Below are positions 29,264-43,135 of a stretch of 64,000 nucleotides of DNA, piece after piece. Origin of the DNA: the human T2T-CHM13v2.0 reference genome, Homo sapiens; the NCBI RefSeq assembly GCF_009914755.1, contig NC_060932.1; one strand, 5' to 3'. The translations under genes and the position numbers were made by a program. Positions within the stretch are counted from its first letter, which is position 1; every line of letters begins with the position of its first letter. The notes below the pieces were generated by a model. That model was given only the letters and a program-made list of their open reading frames with translations. It made no database searches and was not told the origin of the DNA.

Positions 29264-32200
29264 GAGTAGCTGCTTTTTTTTTTTTTTTAATCCTCGATTT
29301 ACAGATGAAGACCAGAGAAGCTAGGCTGACTTCCCATGTTGACACAGCAACTAACTGGTGGGGATCAGCTCAGAGCTGGGCAGACTATGCACTTCCCACC
29401 CTGCCCTGCACCCCATGCTCGGCTTGCTGGATTTGATAGAATCTAGCAAGCGTGGGGGCCAGGCTCTGCTGACTCCCTGTGAGAAGCAGTGTCTGTTTCT
29501 GTGTCCTTTTCTGGGGCCTTCTCCAGAGGGAAGGAACATATCCCAAAGCTGGAGCTTGCACTCAGGAGCTTCCCAGGGGAAACTGCTCCACTCTCTGCCA
29601 TCTACAGCTCTTGCAGGTACCATAGTCTACCTCCATGATCTATTTGCAGTGGGCGATGGTGTTTTGATGATTTCCACATCATGAACCCAAGTGCTGTTGC
29701 TGATTTCGAAGCTTGTTCACTGTCTCCTGCCAAGTGGCCAAGGGCTCCTACCCTAGCCCTTGGTGGCTGCTCCTGGCTGCCATCTGCCCACCCAGTTGGC
29801 CCCACTGCCTGGGCCACGTTCTGGTGGCATCCAAGAACTGGTAGCAGAGATGGTGATTAGTCAATGTGTGTTATACCCTGGGTCTCTCCATCTTTCCAAC
29901 AGAGACCTGCCTTACATGTAGGACTGCCTCCCCTTGTTCAGGTTACCTAGCCCTTGTGCAATTCACCTTCTGATTGGAGAAGGAAGACAATACGGCCCTG
30001 CCTCTCGGCCTGTAGAGAGGAATGGATGATGTGAAACTGTGGCATGCTTGATATTCTGCTGGCAGAGAGGAGAACAGATGTTAACACAGAGCACACCTCT
30101 GCCCCGAACCTCCTGGGAGCCTTGGAGGTCCTGAGTCAGCCTGTCCTTGGCACTCAGGCTCTTCAGACGTCAAAGCACAGCGTTGGGCCCAGCATGACCT
30201 TCTGCGGTCCCAGGAGACATCAGGGAAGTGTTGTCAGTGTCCTTAGAAAGCCCATGGCTTGCTCGGCCACATCAGGTGCAGGGACCTCAGTCAACCACAC
30301 AGCAGGTAGATATCCTTGAGAACTGTGTCAGGTGGGAGGATAGCCAGAGGGTCTGGGGGCAGCCACCTGACCCTTCAGTCCCAGGATCTAGCACCTCCCA
30401 TCAGACCTTCCTCTTCACTCCCTGTTTCTCCCACCAATTATTGGCATTGGCATATTTCTGAGCAAGTTCTCTCCTTGTGGCCTGTCACTCTGTGGGTGGG
30501 AAGTGACCCCCTGCTGAGCAGGTTCAGTGTTTTGAGGTGGGGCTATGACCTTCTGCTTTGCACCGGGCTCTAAACACCCTGGCCTGCCCAGGATTCTTTG
30601 CAGCTCCTGGGAGAAGCTTAGAAATTTTAATTTCCTTAATTTCCATGGAACATTGCTTTGTGTGTGTGGCTAAAAACATTAATTAAAAACATTAATCAGT
30701 TTGGCTGCCTTGGAAAGAGGTTCTTTTTTCTGCAGGAGCCAACGTGCTGGGTTATTGCAACCCCCTCTCCCCAGCCCCTTACAAGGAGGAGGGGACAGGA
30801 CATCAGCCTGCAAACCAACACTTCAGCCCTGTATTTGTGGATTTGTCTCTTGGTGTCAGGCAGACTCCTTAGCTCCTCTGAACTTTAGTTTCCACATCTG
30901 TAAAATGGGAAGAAAGGTTATGTGTCTCCTGATTTCTTGGGGACTCTGTGTGTGTTCAGTGAGGTGCCAGGAGGACAGTCCTTAGTGAAATGTCCTCTAC
31001 AGAATTTGCTAGTAAAGGCGCTGTTGTTATAATTAGCTGGATTTCCCTGGTAGTTTACAGACTGCCTCTTCTGCGCACTGTCTCATTTAATCCTGTCAGC
31101 GCACCTGGCAGACGGGTAGTGTTTGAATCCACTCTTTTTCACAGATGAGTACACTGGAAAGGGAGGGTTACAGCCAGGCCTGGAGCTGAGAACCTTTGAT
31201 GGAAGCCCCAGGCTTTGGCCCAATCTCATTGCCTTCATTTGCTCCCTTGGCCCCATGTGCTGAGTCCCTACACTAAGTTACAGTGGTGAGATAGAAAGAG
31301 GGGAGGCCTTTTCATTTCCTCCTGGGAGGAGAGGAAGAAGTTAAGTCTCTAGCATTTGCCTAAGTAGTGCTAATAAAAGCTGACATTTCTATGGGCTTAT
31401 AATATCCAGAGACAAGTGCTAAACTCTGCAAAGATTCTCACTTAACACCAGGAACAAGCCTCTAAGATGAGAAACTGAGGCTCAGAGAGCTCAAGTTTGA
31501 GTACTTGTTCAGGGTCCTAAAAAGCCTCTTTAAGTAGTAGAACTGGGACACCAACCCAGGAAGCCTGAGAAGAGCCCACCGTCAACCAAGAGGCTGTGCC
31601 TCTGCCCTTTTTGGGTAACGAAGCAAATTCATTTTGACAATAAGGCTAAAAGTGCTTTCCTGGTCACAATGCCTGAGGCGTGTGGGAGGCTGCTCACTGG
31701 GGAGCCCAGAGGCGCTGAGGACAGCATCTTTCTGCGTGCCTAGCTAGTCAAGGGGACTTTTCAGAGTAAGGGGGAATTCACTCTGTGCTGCTGGGAACTG
31801 GACTCTGAGTGCAGGATGCGTTAAGCCTGCACTGAATGGGAGGAGGCGAGGACTGTGAGGCTTGCAGAACCACTGCAGATCTGTCCGTGATACCAACACA
31901 TCTAAGGAAGGAATATGACAACCAGAGTGCCTCAGAGAAGACAATTATGGCCAAGTTGTTCCTTGGGGAGAGATGAGGAAATCAAAGTGGGGAATACAAG
32001 CCACCTGCCCGCCGTTCTTGCCTGTGGGGCAAGGATGTTTCACCAGCTATTCCAGAGTTGAGAGCAAATTCCCCTTCAGAACTTTTCAGCGTTCTTTATT
32101 CTGAGTTTGTGCTGACTAAGCTTCATGTCATTCATGATTTGGCTGCCAGTGAGGATGGTGGGGGGGCCTGAAAAGGGAAAAGGGCACCGTACTGTAAATG

Positions 32201-32998
32201 TATGAATGGGGTTTTCTGTGGGGGCCACACCGGAGCATCACAGTTCTTTGAAGGACAGGAGAGAAGGTCAGTGCCTGGATCCCCAGGCTAAGTACCAGGC
32301 GCTGCTTTAGGATAGCCTAGAAGGGTGGCCCCTGGGCCTCATTCTCCACACTGTCCCACCCCTTTTGACCACCTCATCTAGCCATCTTGATGATCAGTTA
32401 AGATAAGAATCTCTAGTGAGGCTACATTTTTTTGTTTCCTGAATAATGCATGATGTCCACTGAACACATGTTACCAGATGACAGTGTTGGGCTCAGATAA
32501 AACTTACAACAAAATTAATCTGATGCAGCCTCCATGGCTCACATGATCCCCACCATGTATGAAATGGGCTGGGCACCCAGGGACAGGCTATTCTCAGAAT
32601 GGGGTTATTGGGTGTGTTTCTTATTCCTCTCTACCTAGTATTCTTGGAAGAAGGTGAATGAAAATGCTCTAGTAGGGGAGGGAAACATGATTAATGGGTG
32701 GGGGCTTATGAGTCAGAAAGACCCAACCATCACTTCTGCCCTGACTGCCTGTGTGACTTCAGAAATGGGGGATATCAAAGCCTATCTCATAGGATTAAAC
32801 AGTTTAATGTGTATAAAATGCCTAACACAGTGCTTGCCACATAAGCATTGCTCATTAAATGTCTTCTCTTCTTGTGCTCCTCATTCAGTGTATAGTAAAT
32901 GTGCAGTCCTTATCTTTTAAATGAATGAAACATCTCATTACCAAATCTATTCAAGGTAAACATTGATATTAATATGTATCCTTTTTGTGTGTTTCTAG

Positions 32999-33128
32999 AA
33001 TCCTGTTACACCTGGGATTTAGGCACTTTCAATCTGAAAAAATACATATCCTTTCAGCACTCTGGACGGACTTGAGAACTGTCCTTACGTGACCTAAAGC
33101 TGGAGTATTTTGAGATTGGAGAATTAAG
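32999..33128 (+). ncRNA. PVT1: PVT1 exon (130 nt)
   Basis: Acceptor CTTTTTGTGTGTTTCTAG|, donor AAG|GTAAGC; contains TGAGAACTGTCCTTACGTGACC, which I recognise as a commonly used PVT1 qPCR primer. Confidence 0.95.
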
Positions 33129-34889
33129 GTAAGCGACTTTATCTTCCTGATCCTTGTGAAACCAAAAATAGCTTTTGGAGTTGACGACCTCCTGCAGCAC
33201 AGCTTGGGTTGTGGTTCTTGACCTCTCGGTGTGTCTTCCTGTGCCGCTCCAATGTGTTCGGGAAGCTGGCTCCCCATAACCTCTCCCCGACCTGGTTCTC
33301 AGAGTCTAGTCCACTTATTCATTGTGCCTAGGAAGCTCTCCCTCTGTCCCTAGTGGAGGGAGGAGCCCACCATCTCCTAGTGAATGCGCCACTTGTAGCA
33401 GAAGGTGCAGGATGCTCCAGCTGTCTTGTGAAAACATGTGGAGACAGCCTTGGGGAAAAGAGGAAAAGGTGAGGTGAGGGTTATATAATCAGATTGAAAC
33501 ACCTTTGGGACATCCAGAACATGAGCTCTTCCTCCTTTCCCAGCCAATCCGTGCTTCCTCCTTTCACCTCCTTGAATTCTATGCTCCTTCCACACTAAGG
33601 CTGAGGGTGCAGGAGGTAAAGGGTTAGAGGTTAAGACTGAGTGCTTCAGGTAGACTTGGGTTTTCTTGGTTTTGCTACTTGCCTCATTTTGGACAAGTCA
33701 CTCAGCCTCTCAAAGCCTTGGTCTCCTCATTAGTAAAATAGGGATGGTATTAGTGCCTGCCTCATGAAGATGTTGTTTGTGTTGAGTGAGATATTGGAGC
33801 AAAACAGCTTAGCAGGCTGCCTTACACTGAGGAAGAAATGCTCCAAAAGGGAAGAGAGTTTTTGCAAATTATTCCTCAATTATGCCATTTAGAATTCCTT
33901 CCATGTATCAGGCTATTTTGAAGTCTTTCATTTGCTGTCCCCCCAGCCTTTCACCTATCACCAAGTCAGCCTGGGAAACAGCTGAGAATCACCTTCCCAG
34001 TTGTGCCCAGCCCCTTACCCAAAGCAGAGTTGATTCCCCCCTCCCCTGGACGGCAGCGGGCTAGTGAAGGCATGTCTCCACTATACCATGGCTACTGCAC
34101 TGGGTTGAAATGTCCCTTGCCCCTTCCCCTGCCCATTCCCCCTATTGCTGGTGAAATTGCTTAGAGCAAGGACTGTCTTACACATCACAGGATCTGGCAT
34201 AGTGCCTGACCGAGGGTGAAACAACAAATGAATGAGTAATTGAAAGGAGAGAGAAAAAGAGATAGAGAAGTAACCAAAAGAAGAAAGTTTTTAAAGGTTC
34301 AGAGGAAAGAATGAGGTCAGTTGCAATTTTTTTTAAGTAAGATGTTGGAAAGAATAAATGACATGATGAAAAGGAAACTGACATGATTCCTATCATGAAT
34401 TTGAAAGCTATGCAAGGGTGGAAAGGTGGGTGAGAAGCTGTGGACTGGTGAGAAGACAGAGAAGTCAGAACTGAGAGCATAGCAGAGAACTGTACTTCTG
34501 TTGTGCTACATATGTCATCTTCATCTTTTGTATTGTGCCTTAAATTTTCAAAAGCGCATTTGCGTTTCAAATCTGCTGTGATAGTCAGCATTCCTGTGGC
34601 ATGCAGAGGTGAAGAGCATGAGGCCTTGCCCTTCAGTCAAGGTGGGGATACTGGCACACATAGGATACTACATACTCCCTAGGTGTCTGTGAGGATGGTG
34701 GAGGGGATTTTCTCCATGCCGGGAGGCTTCCTGGAGCAGGTGCTGCCTCTCGTGACTCTTGAAAGATGCTTGTGAATAAAGCATACTGGGAGCTGAGCTG
34801 CTGTTTAGTAATTAAAAATCCTTTCCATTGTTTAGAGCTCAGCACCTTTGTGCATTCATATTACGCATTCATTTTCGTATCATTGTTGA

Positions 34890-35237
<348 letters not shown>

Positions 35238-35940
35238 GTAGCTCTTTTTGACCCTCAGGGACAGTCACTGAATTATGTCTTGGGAGCCCATGCTTCTGAG
35301 GCAGGCTTAGGGAGCAGGAGAGCATACAGGTGTAGCAGCCTTTCCAGCTGATCCCCATGCCCTGCTGCACCTGGAGGGCTGGAACAAGCTATTCTCATAT
35401 TGGGGAAAAGGGCTGATGGGACCTCAGTCATGTGGCAGAGAATCTGAAAGCCAGAAGCTTGGCAGGTCTGTCTCGGGGTGGGGTGACGGAGAGACATTTC
35501 CCTAGAATTCAGCTGCTGGGAGCAGAAAGACAGAGCAGGGGCAAGTGCTGGGTTTCTGAGGCCCGCAGTCCTGAGCATGGCCTCAGGCAGTCTGTTCTAT
35601 GACAGAACCTGAAGAAAGGCCCAGGCATTTGCATCTATGTGTGCAGTTCTACTTGTCCTAAAGGCACTTCTCACACTGGGAGCCTGCCTGTCTGTACCTG
35701 TCTAGAAATCAGCCTGGCTGGGACGCACACCAATAGGAGGGCATCCTCACCTTTCCCACCCATGAGTCGGGACTGTTGCCTGCTGTGCAGCAAAGGCACC
35801 AGGAACACGGAGTCAGACACTTAGGGTCTACCCCAGGCTCCACTTCCCACTGCCTATTTGACTCTGGGCAAGTCTTTTACAGCTTTTCAAACTTCTCTCT
35901 TTCTTAAAACAAAAACAAAAAAAAAGGAAAAAAATTTCTT

Positions 35941-36224
35941 GCCAGGCACAGTGGCTCACGCCTGTAATTCCAGCATTTTGGGAGGCTGAGGTGGGCTAAT
36001 CACTTGAGGCCAGGAGTTCGAGACCAGCCTGGCCAACATGGTGAAACCCTGTCTCTATTAAAAATACAAAGAGTAGCCAGGCATGGTGGCACACGCCTGT
36101 AATCCTAGCTACTTGGGAGGCTTAGGCACAAGAGTCACTTGAAACTGGGAGGCAGAGTTGTAGTTAGCCAAGATTGTGCCACTGCACTCCAGCCTGGGCA
36201 ACAGAGCAAGACTCTGTCTCAAAA
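35941..36224 (+). mobile_element. Alu, AluS/J-like
   Basis: Sense dimer. Confidence 0.9.
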
Positions 36225-36235
36225 CACACGTACAA

Positions 36236-36373
36236 ATTTTTTTCTTTTATTTTTTTAAAGACAGGGTCTTAGCTATGTGGCCCAGGCTGGCCTCCAATCC
36301 CTGGGCTTAAGCAATCCTCCCACCTCAGTCTCCTGAGTAGCTAGTACTATAGGCACACACCACACACCCAGCC
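36236..36373 (-). mobile_element. Alu monomer (FLAM/FRAM-like)
   Basis: Single antisense arm, tail-to-tail with the preceding Alu. Confidence 0.8.
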
Positions 36374-38348
36374 AGACTTCAATTTTCCCAGCCACATCAT
36401 GGACCAGAAGCCACTTGGTCTGGTTGTGAGGATGACGGAACCTTGCCCGAGGAAATGGGCAATGAACAGGAGCCTGTTTGTTTCTCCTTCCAGCTCCTGA
36501 CCTGTCTAGCTCCTGACCCTCTCAGTGTCATTCTTGCTCACCCCTGGCCCTGCTCCCTGGATATGCAGACAGGATGGGCTTCTTCCCTTTAGACCTTCAC
36601 TTTGCTCTTTTGGACTCCTCTTCTGGCCTTGCCTCCCCCTGGTGTCATCTGCTGGCTCCCTGCCTGATACTGCCACACTGGTCATGCTGGCCTCCTGGCC
36701 TTTGGTGACACCGCATCAGCAGGCTCCTGCTTCCCTGTCAAGGGATACAAGCCAGCACCGGTCTTTCGCCACAAGGTATGTGTGTAAAGATTGCTTCCTG
36801 TACTTGGTGTCCACAGGATTTTAAAGAACTCCTGGCCCACTCGGAACTCTACGCTTGAAACAGAAACATCTTCTCAAAACACCTCTGGTATTGGCCCATT
36901 TCTCTATTACTGTTTCTTGTGGTTTCATACTGAGGTTTTTGGTGCATTGCAATTGCCCTGGAGTTTATTTTTAGTAATAAAGACAGAGTTCAATTAATGT
37001 CAAAACATGAGGGTAATTGCAGAGGAAGGATTAGTAAGTCTAGGGGAAAATGTGCCTAACTTTTTTTCTTCTGATAACATCTTTCACTGATCATACACCG
37101 TCACACCCACAGACACGGAGCTTCCTCCGTGATGTCTGCAATGCACTAGGCCCAGTCGGGGAGCAGTGGCTGCGCCACCACCTGAAAACGAAAGCATTTC
37201 TGAGTCTCTTTCAGTCCAGCTCATCTAGCAGCCAGCCACACAGGTGACCACCCACCGTAGCTGTCACTATGGGTGATGATTATCATTATGGTTTTGAGGA
37301 AAGGCTGGGCTTTAGAATAGTCAATTCTTATCCTCTCTCCGGGGGGATTTATTCTGTCTCCAGAAGCAGCATTTCACTTTCCTGAACATCAGCTCTTCTC
37401 CCCTGGATTGCAGGGTCTAGGTCTTGTTCTCTGTCTGCTTCCAGCTTTTGGCATTTTGACAGCACATAGGACATGCTTGGAGAACGTTTTCTTGAGTTAA
37501 CTGAATTCAGGACACTGACTTGGGGCTGGAAAGGCAAAGTGAGGAAGAAAGTATTCCCCTTTCAGAAGCTCCCCAGTCTGCCTTAAGAAACAAAGGCAGC
37601 CCTGTCATCTGCCCAGGACTTTACAGTTTATAAAGTGATTTCTCATCCTTTCTCCTTTCTTGTATTGCACAAATATCGAACGAGAACCTGCAGTGTGCCA
37701 CTGTGCAGGGTGCCTAGAATAAAGGAGAAAAGCCACTGTGCTTTCTCTGAAGGAATCACAGGGAGTGAAGCTAGCTTCATGGATGCCAGAATTTCACAGA
37801 TGAAGGGACTGGAGGCTTGGAGCAATTGCATTGCTTGAGATCCCCCCTGCTCATGGATGGTGGCTCCCAAATCAGGACATGAGTCTTCTGAATCCCTTAA
37901 ACCTGCCCTGTGCCTGCCTGTTCTCCCAGCACATTCTCTGTACTCTCTTGTGCTGCTCCTCACCCCCTCTCCAACTGTCTCTCCTTCTCCACCATTGTCC
38001 TCTGCCCACTCCTAGTCCCTTCTTTCAGCTCTGTTTCTTCTGAAAATGAGGATCTTTCTCTCTACAGTGCCTCTTGTGGGACGGGATCTGCTGATGGGGG
38101 CTGTGTTTGGGATCTCGCCTGGAAACACGATCTCTCCAACTTTCCCTGGGAGCAGAGCCTTGGGTCTCACTGAACCCACCTCCCCAGCACCTTGTGTGGT
38201 GACTGGCAGGAGGTAGCCATTCCCTCCTGTCCTCTCTGCCCTTGTCCACTTTCCTGTTATGAGTCAGTTGCTGAGATAGGCTATGAGGAGTTAACAGAGT
38301 GGATAAAAAAGAGCTTTGTCCTTCTTTAAAGCCTTCAAAATATACAGA

Positions 38349-38889
38349 TGTATTAGTCAGGGCTTTCCAGAGAAACAGGACCAATAGAACATGAAGATAG
38401 ATGCGTATCCATGTCTATATCAATATCTACCTTGATATTTATATCTATATCTAGGAGATTTATTTATTATAAGGTATTGGCTCATGCAATTATGGACCCA
38501 GAGGGGTCCTGTGATTTGCCACCTGCAGGCTGGAGACCTAGGAAACAGCTGTTGTGTCACAAAGGGCAGAGGGCTGGAGAACCTGTAGTGTAGATTCCAG
38601 TCCAGATTCGAAGGCCTGAGGACCAGGAATGCCAAGGGCAGGAGAAGATCGATGTCCCAGAACAAGCAATCAGGCAGAGATGAAATTCAACCTTCCTGTG
38701 CCTTTCTGTTCTATTCAGGCCTTCAGTGGGTTGAATGAGGCCCAACCCACATTGAAGAGGACCATCTGCTTTACTCAGTCTCCTGGTTGAAGTGATAATC
38801 TCATCTGGACATACTCAGAAATGCTGTTTAACCAGCTCTCTGGAAATCCTGTGGCCCAGTCAAGTTGACACACAAAATTAACCATCACA
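38349..38889 (-). mobile_element. MLT2-family ERVL solo LTR
   Basis: Begins TGTATTAGTCAGGG and ends CAAGTTGACACACAAAATTAACCATCACA, the MLT2 termini. Confidence 0.88.
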
Positions 38890-40880
38890 CTGCAGAGACA
38901 CAGTCTATCCCAATACCTGTATTTACTGGGTAACGTGCATCTCAGCTCACCAGGCTGGTTTGATTGACTTGGCCCAAAGCTGCCCTTTGAGTGTTGAGCC
39001 CCAGCTGACCCCTTTGATCCTTCACAGCCCCATCATTAAAACAAGGACCCTGAATCAAGTGACTGTAAGAGCCACTCTTGTCCTGTTCTGTCTGTATCCT
39101 GGCTTTGAGTGTTTATCTAAGCTAAGCCCAATTGACTGTTGTCATTCTTTGTCTCTTCCTTGCTCAGACATCAGTTAGGTATTTATTGAACACTCCTGTG
39201 TTCACAGCATCCGGCTCCTGGGATTAGAGACAGCTCTTGACTCCTGGTTTTGCTCTTTGAAACCTATTGGACTGCTTTTCTTTTAAGATACACCCCCCAC
39301 ATTATAGGAATCTATCCATTTCTTTGTTCATTTCTTTAATTGTGCATTATATCAGTCCGTCAGTCAGTTTTCCTCCTGAAATATGCTAAGTATTGAGAAT
39401 TATAATAGATTCTATTAAGCACCGCTAATAAAGTACTATCCTTATAGTAGTAGTAGTGTTTGCGGTGATGGTCGTGTTAGTACTAGTAGTAATCAAGATG
39501 GCCATGAAGAGACTGCTTTTAATCTACCAGTAATCATGGTAAAAATAGTAATAGCTCAAATGTATTATTCATGGTGTTTCAAGCACTTTACATTATATGA
39601 TCTCATTTACTCTTCACAACCTGCCAGGAAATGGAAATGATTACGTAATATACTCCAGTTTGCAAATGAAGGAATCTTCCTGCGGAACGTATGTGAAGCG
39701 CATATTGGTGCTCTGGGCTTTTGCATAATTTCAAATGTCCTTTTTTTTTTAAACTTAAGGCTAATGTTTAGAAGCTTTTGCTAATGAGAGGACCATTTGC
39801 TAAATCGGTATAAGTGCTACACATTTGGGTATCTCCATCCCAACATACCTCTTATTGCCATTCCCCAAAGCAGACACCTTCTCCTCCCTCCCTCAAGGAC
39901 CTCTGAGCTTGCACTCCAATTCCTCTCCCACACTCACCTTTCTCCTTTCTGTTCCTCTTGGGATCCAGGTTTATTTGAGGAGATAGGAAAAGCTCCTGAT
40001 CCAGCAGGTTTTATTCTTAAATTTGTAACAAAGTAAATCACAGAACCTCCACCCAGCATCCAGGCCTCTGGTTCTCTCCCTCCTTCCCAGGTATAGGCCG
40101 GCTTTCAGAAACCCTGCACCACATAGACCCTGGGCCTGAATTGCTGTGAGTAATAATGACTCTGCTGGTAATTTGTGTCCTTCTGCTTGGAACTGTTTCC
40201 TTTTTAGTTTGGTCACCCTCCCAGAGCTGGTTTCAATGGGGGCATACCCATTATGGGATGCAGGGCATCCTGCATCCTGAGGAATTTTTTTTCCTCCAAA
40301 AATGAAACCTTGAAATGAGGACATTGTCCTGTCCACGGACTGCACAACAACACTGAGCCTCAAGGACTCATACTGGCATTTTTCTTCTTTTGCAGAGTGT
40401 GGGCACCCTGGCTTCAAGCTCACGAGAAACCAGGTCGGGATTTAAACAATGTTGGGTTAAAGCAAAGTTTCATAAAGACAGAATCAAGAAAAAAAGAAAG
40501 AGAAACCAATCTAAGTGCCATCCTCCCTGAGTTGCATCTTACCTGAGTCTTCAGCCGCCGCCCCCTGCTGCTGTGGGAGGAAACGGGAAAGTGACTGGCC
40601 ATGGGGACAGGGGTCGGGGGTGTGAGGGTTAGTGGTAGCAGGGAGGTAGCACTTCTGTGAAGCCGGAAAGGAGACCTGAACCTGGCTCTCTGCTTTGCTG
40701 CTTGCCAGCCCTCTGGCTGGGAAGAAGGCTCTTGGCTCTTGTGAGCCTCGGTTTCCTCTGCAGAGTGGCCTGTTCTGAGGACAGGCTGACATTGCTGTCC
40801 ATCAGTCTTCCAGGACCCTGAGGATTTCAGCTCTACCCATGGGCACTGAACTGGAACATTCACTGGTCATTTGCTTTCGT

Positions 40881-41175
<295 letters not shown>

Positions 41176-42337
41176 GCTTCCGGTCTTTGGATTTGATTTT
41201 CCTCAAGTGTAATTGAAAGCAGGGGCCTGGATGGCCGCCATAGTCCCTCCCAGCTTCGACATTACACATTCCTGCCAATCCATTTTTCAGGCTGATAACA
41301 TTGTTCAGAGTTTAATGGGAGCAGGGTAAGATAGTCACCGTGTGGAGCAAAAATTGAAGGAAATATTCCAGATGTCATGATTTTTTACCTGTAGCCCCTC
41401 TGCTGCCACACCCTTGTGCACATCCTCCAGACACTTTTAAAGAATAAACTCTATTTTCAGAAGAGTTTTAGATTTACAGGAGAATTGTGAAAACAGTTCA
41501 AAAAGTTCTCATATACCCTGCTCCCAGTTTTCCCTGTTACTAACGCTTTGCATTAGTGTGGCACATTTGCCACAATTAATGGACCAATATTGATACATTA
41601 TTATTTACTGAAGTTGAAACATTACTTTAGTTTTTACCTGGTCCAGGATCCCATCTGGGATCCCACATCACATTTAGTGATCATGTCTTCTTAGATTGCC
41701 CTGGGCTGTGCCGCTTTCTCAGACTCTCCTGGTTTGTGATGACATTGACAGTCTTGAGTTTTGATGACCAGTTTTGACTGGTCAGGTATTTCATAGAACG
41801 TACCTCTGTGAGGGTTGTCTGATTCTTCTTCTTATTAGATTGGGATTATGGAGGAAGGCCACAGAGGTAAAGTTCCGCTTTTATGAAATCAAGGGTAGGC
41901 ACCATCAGCATGACCTATCACTGATGTTGACTTTGATTACCTGGCTGCTGTAGTGGTTGTCAGGTTTGTCCACTTTAAAGATACTTTTGTGTTTTTGTTC
42001 TTTCTTAACTCCCTTTTTATATTAAACTCTTCAGAAGGAAGTCACTGTGCATAGCCATCCCCTAAGAAGAGGGCATTCCTGCTCTTCCTTCTCCATGGCT
42101 AGAGGATCTACATGAACTATTTAGATTTTTTCTACCTGGGAGATTTAACTCCTCTCTCCTATTTATTTATTTATATATAAGCATGGACTTGCAGGTATTT
42201 ATTTGATAATTTTTAATTTATTTGAGTTATAATCCAATAATATGGTTTTATTTTGTTGCTCATGGTTTTTCTTCCTTGGCTATTGGGAACTCTTCAGTTA
42301 CTTCCTGTGCCCATTTGACATACTTTCTTATTATGGG

Positions 42338-42723
42338 TCTTTCTTTCTTCCTTTTCTTTCCTTCTTTCTTTCTCTCTCTCTCTCTCTCTCTTCCTTCCTT
42401 CCCTTCCTCCCTCCCTCTTTTCTTTTCTTTTTTCTTTTCTTTCCTTCCTTCCTCCCTCCCTCACTCCCTCCTTCCTTCCTTTTTCTTCCTTTTTTTCTTC
42501 CTTCCTTCCCTCCCTTCCTCTTTTCTTTCTTCTTTCTTTCTTTCTTTCCTTCCTTTCTCCTTCCTTCCTTCCTTTTCTTCCTTTCTTTTCCTACCTTCCT
42601 TTTCCTTCCTTCCTTTCTTCCTTCCTTTCCTCCTTCCTCTTCTCCTCCTCCCCTTCCTTCCTTCCTTCCTTCCTTCCTTCCTTCCTTCCCTCCCTCCCTC
42701 CCTCTCTCTCTCTCTCTTTTTTT
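42338..42723. repeat. About 385-bp (TTCC/TTTC/CT)n polypyrimidine repeat
   Basis: Almost exclusively C/T on the + strand. Confidence 0.95.
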
Positions 42724-42971
42724 GGTGCATCCATACTTTCTGGCACTATAAGATGCTTAGGGCTTATCTTGTATATTTCCAGCCCCAGTTATAGAATCAG
42801 CCATTTCTTCAAGGATCCCCTGTCATTTTACTGGAGAAAGGACTTAGAATCCAAGATCTGGGTGCTAGATGTGCTTGAGGTGTTGTTTCCTCCAGATCTT
42901 CTCAACTGACAGAGCAGTGAAATATATGTGTGTAGGGAGGATGGGGAGAACAATTTTTTTAACACATATGA

Positions 42972-43135
42972 ATACTTACCTGGCAGGGGAGATACCATGA
43001 TCACAAAGGTGGTTTCCCCAGGGTGAGGCTTATCCATTGCACTCCCGATGTGCTGACCCCTGTGATTCCCCCAAATGTGGGAGACTTGACTGCATAATTT
43101 GTGGTAATGGGGGACTGCATTTACACTTTTCCCTG
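42972..43135 (+). pseudogene. RNU1-106P: Full-length (164 nt) U1 snRNA processed pseudogene
   Basis: ATACTTACCTGGCAGGGGAGATACC...TTCCCTG; about 14 substitutions versus U1, many at CpG; A-rich tail and TSD; no recognisable PSE upstream. The U1 call is secure; the symbol is from memory of this locus. Confidence 0.9.

Noticed and set aside
39971-40863. Two abutting minus-strand ORFs of about 150 aa
   Set aside because: No recognisable homology or gene structure; antisense to PVT1.
42222-42794. 190-aa and 169-aa hydrophobic ORFs resembling membrane proteins
   Set aside because: They span the polypyrimidine repeat; the composition is an artefact.
42972-43135. Functional, independently transcribed U1 gene
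   Set aside because: A-rich tail, TSD, CpG decay, a damaged terminal stem and no recognisable PSE indicate a retrocopy.
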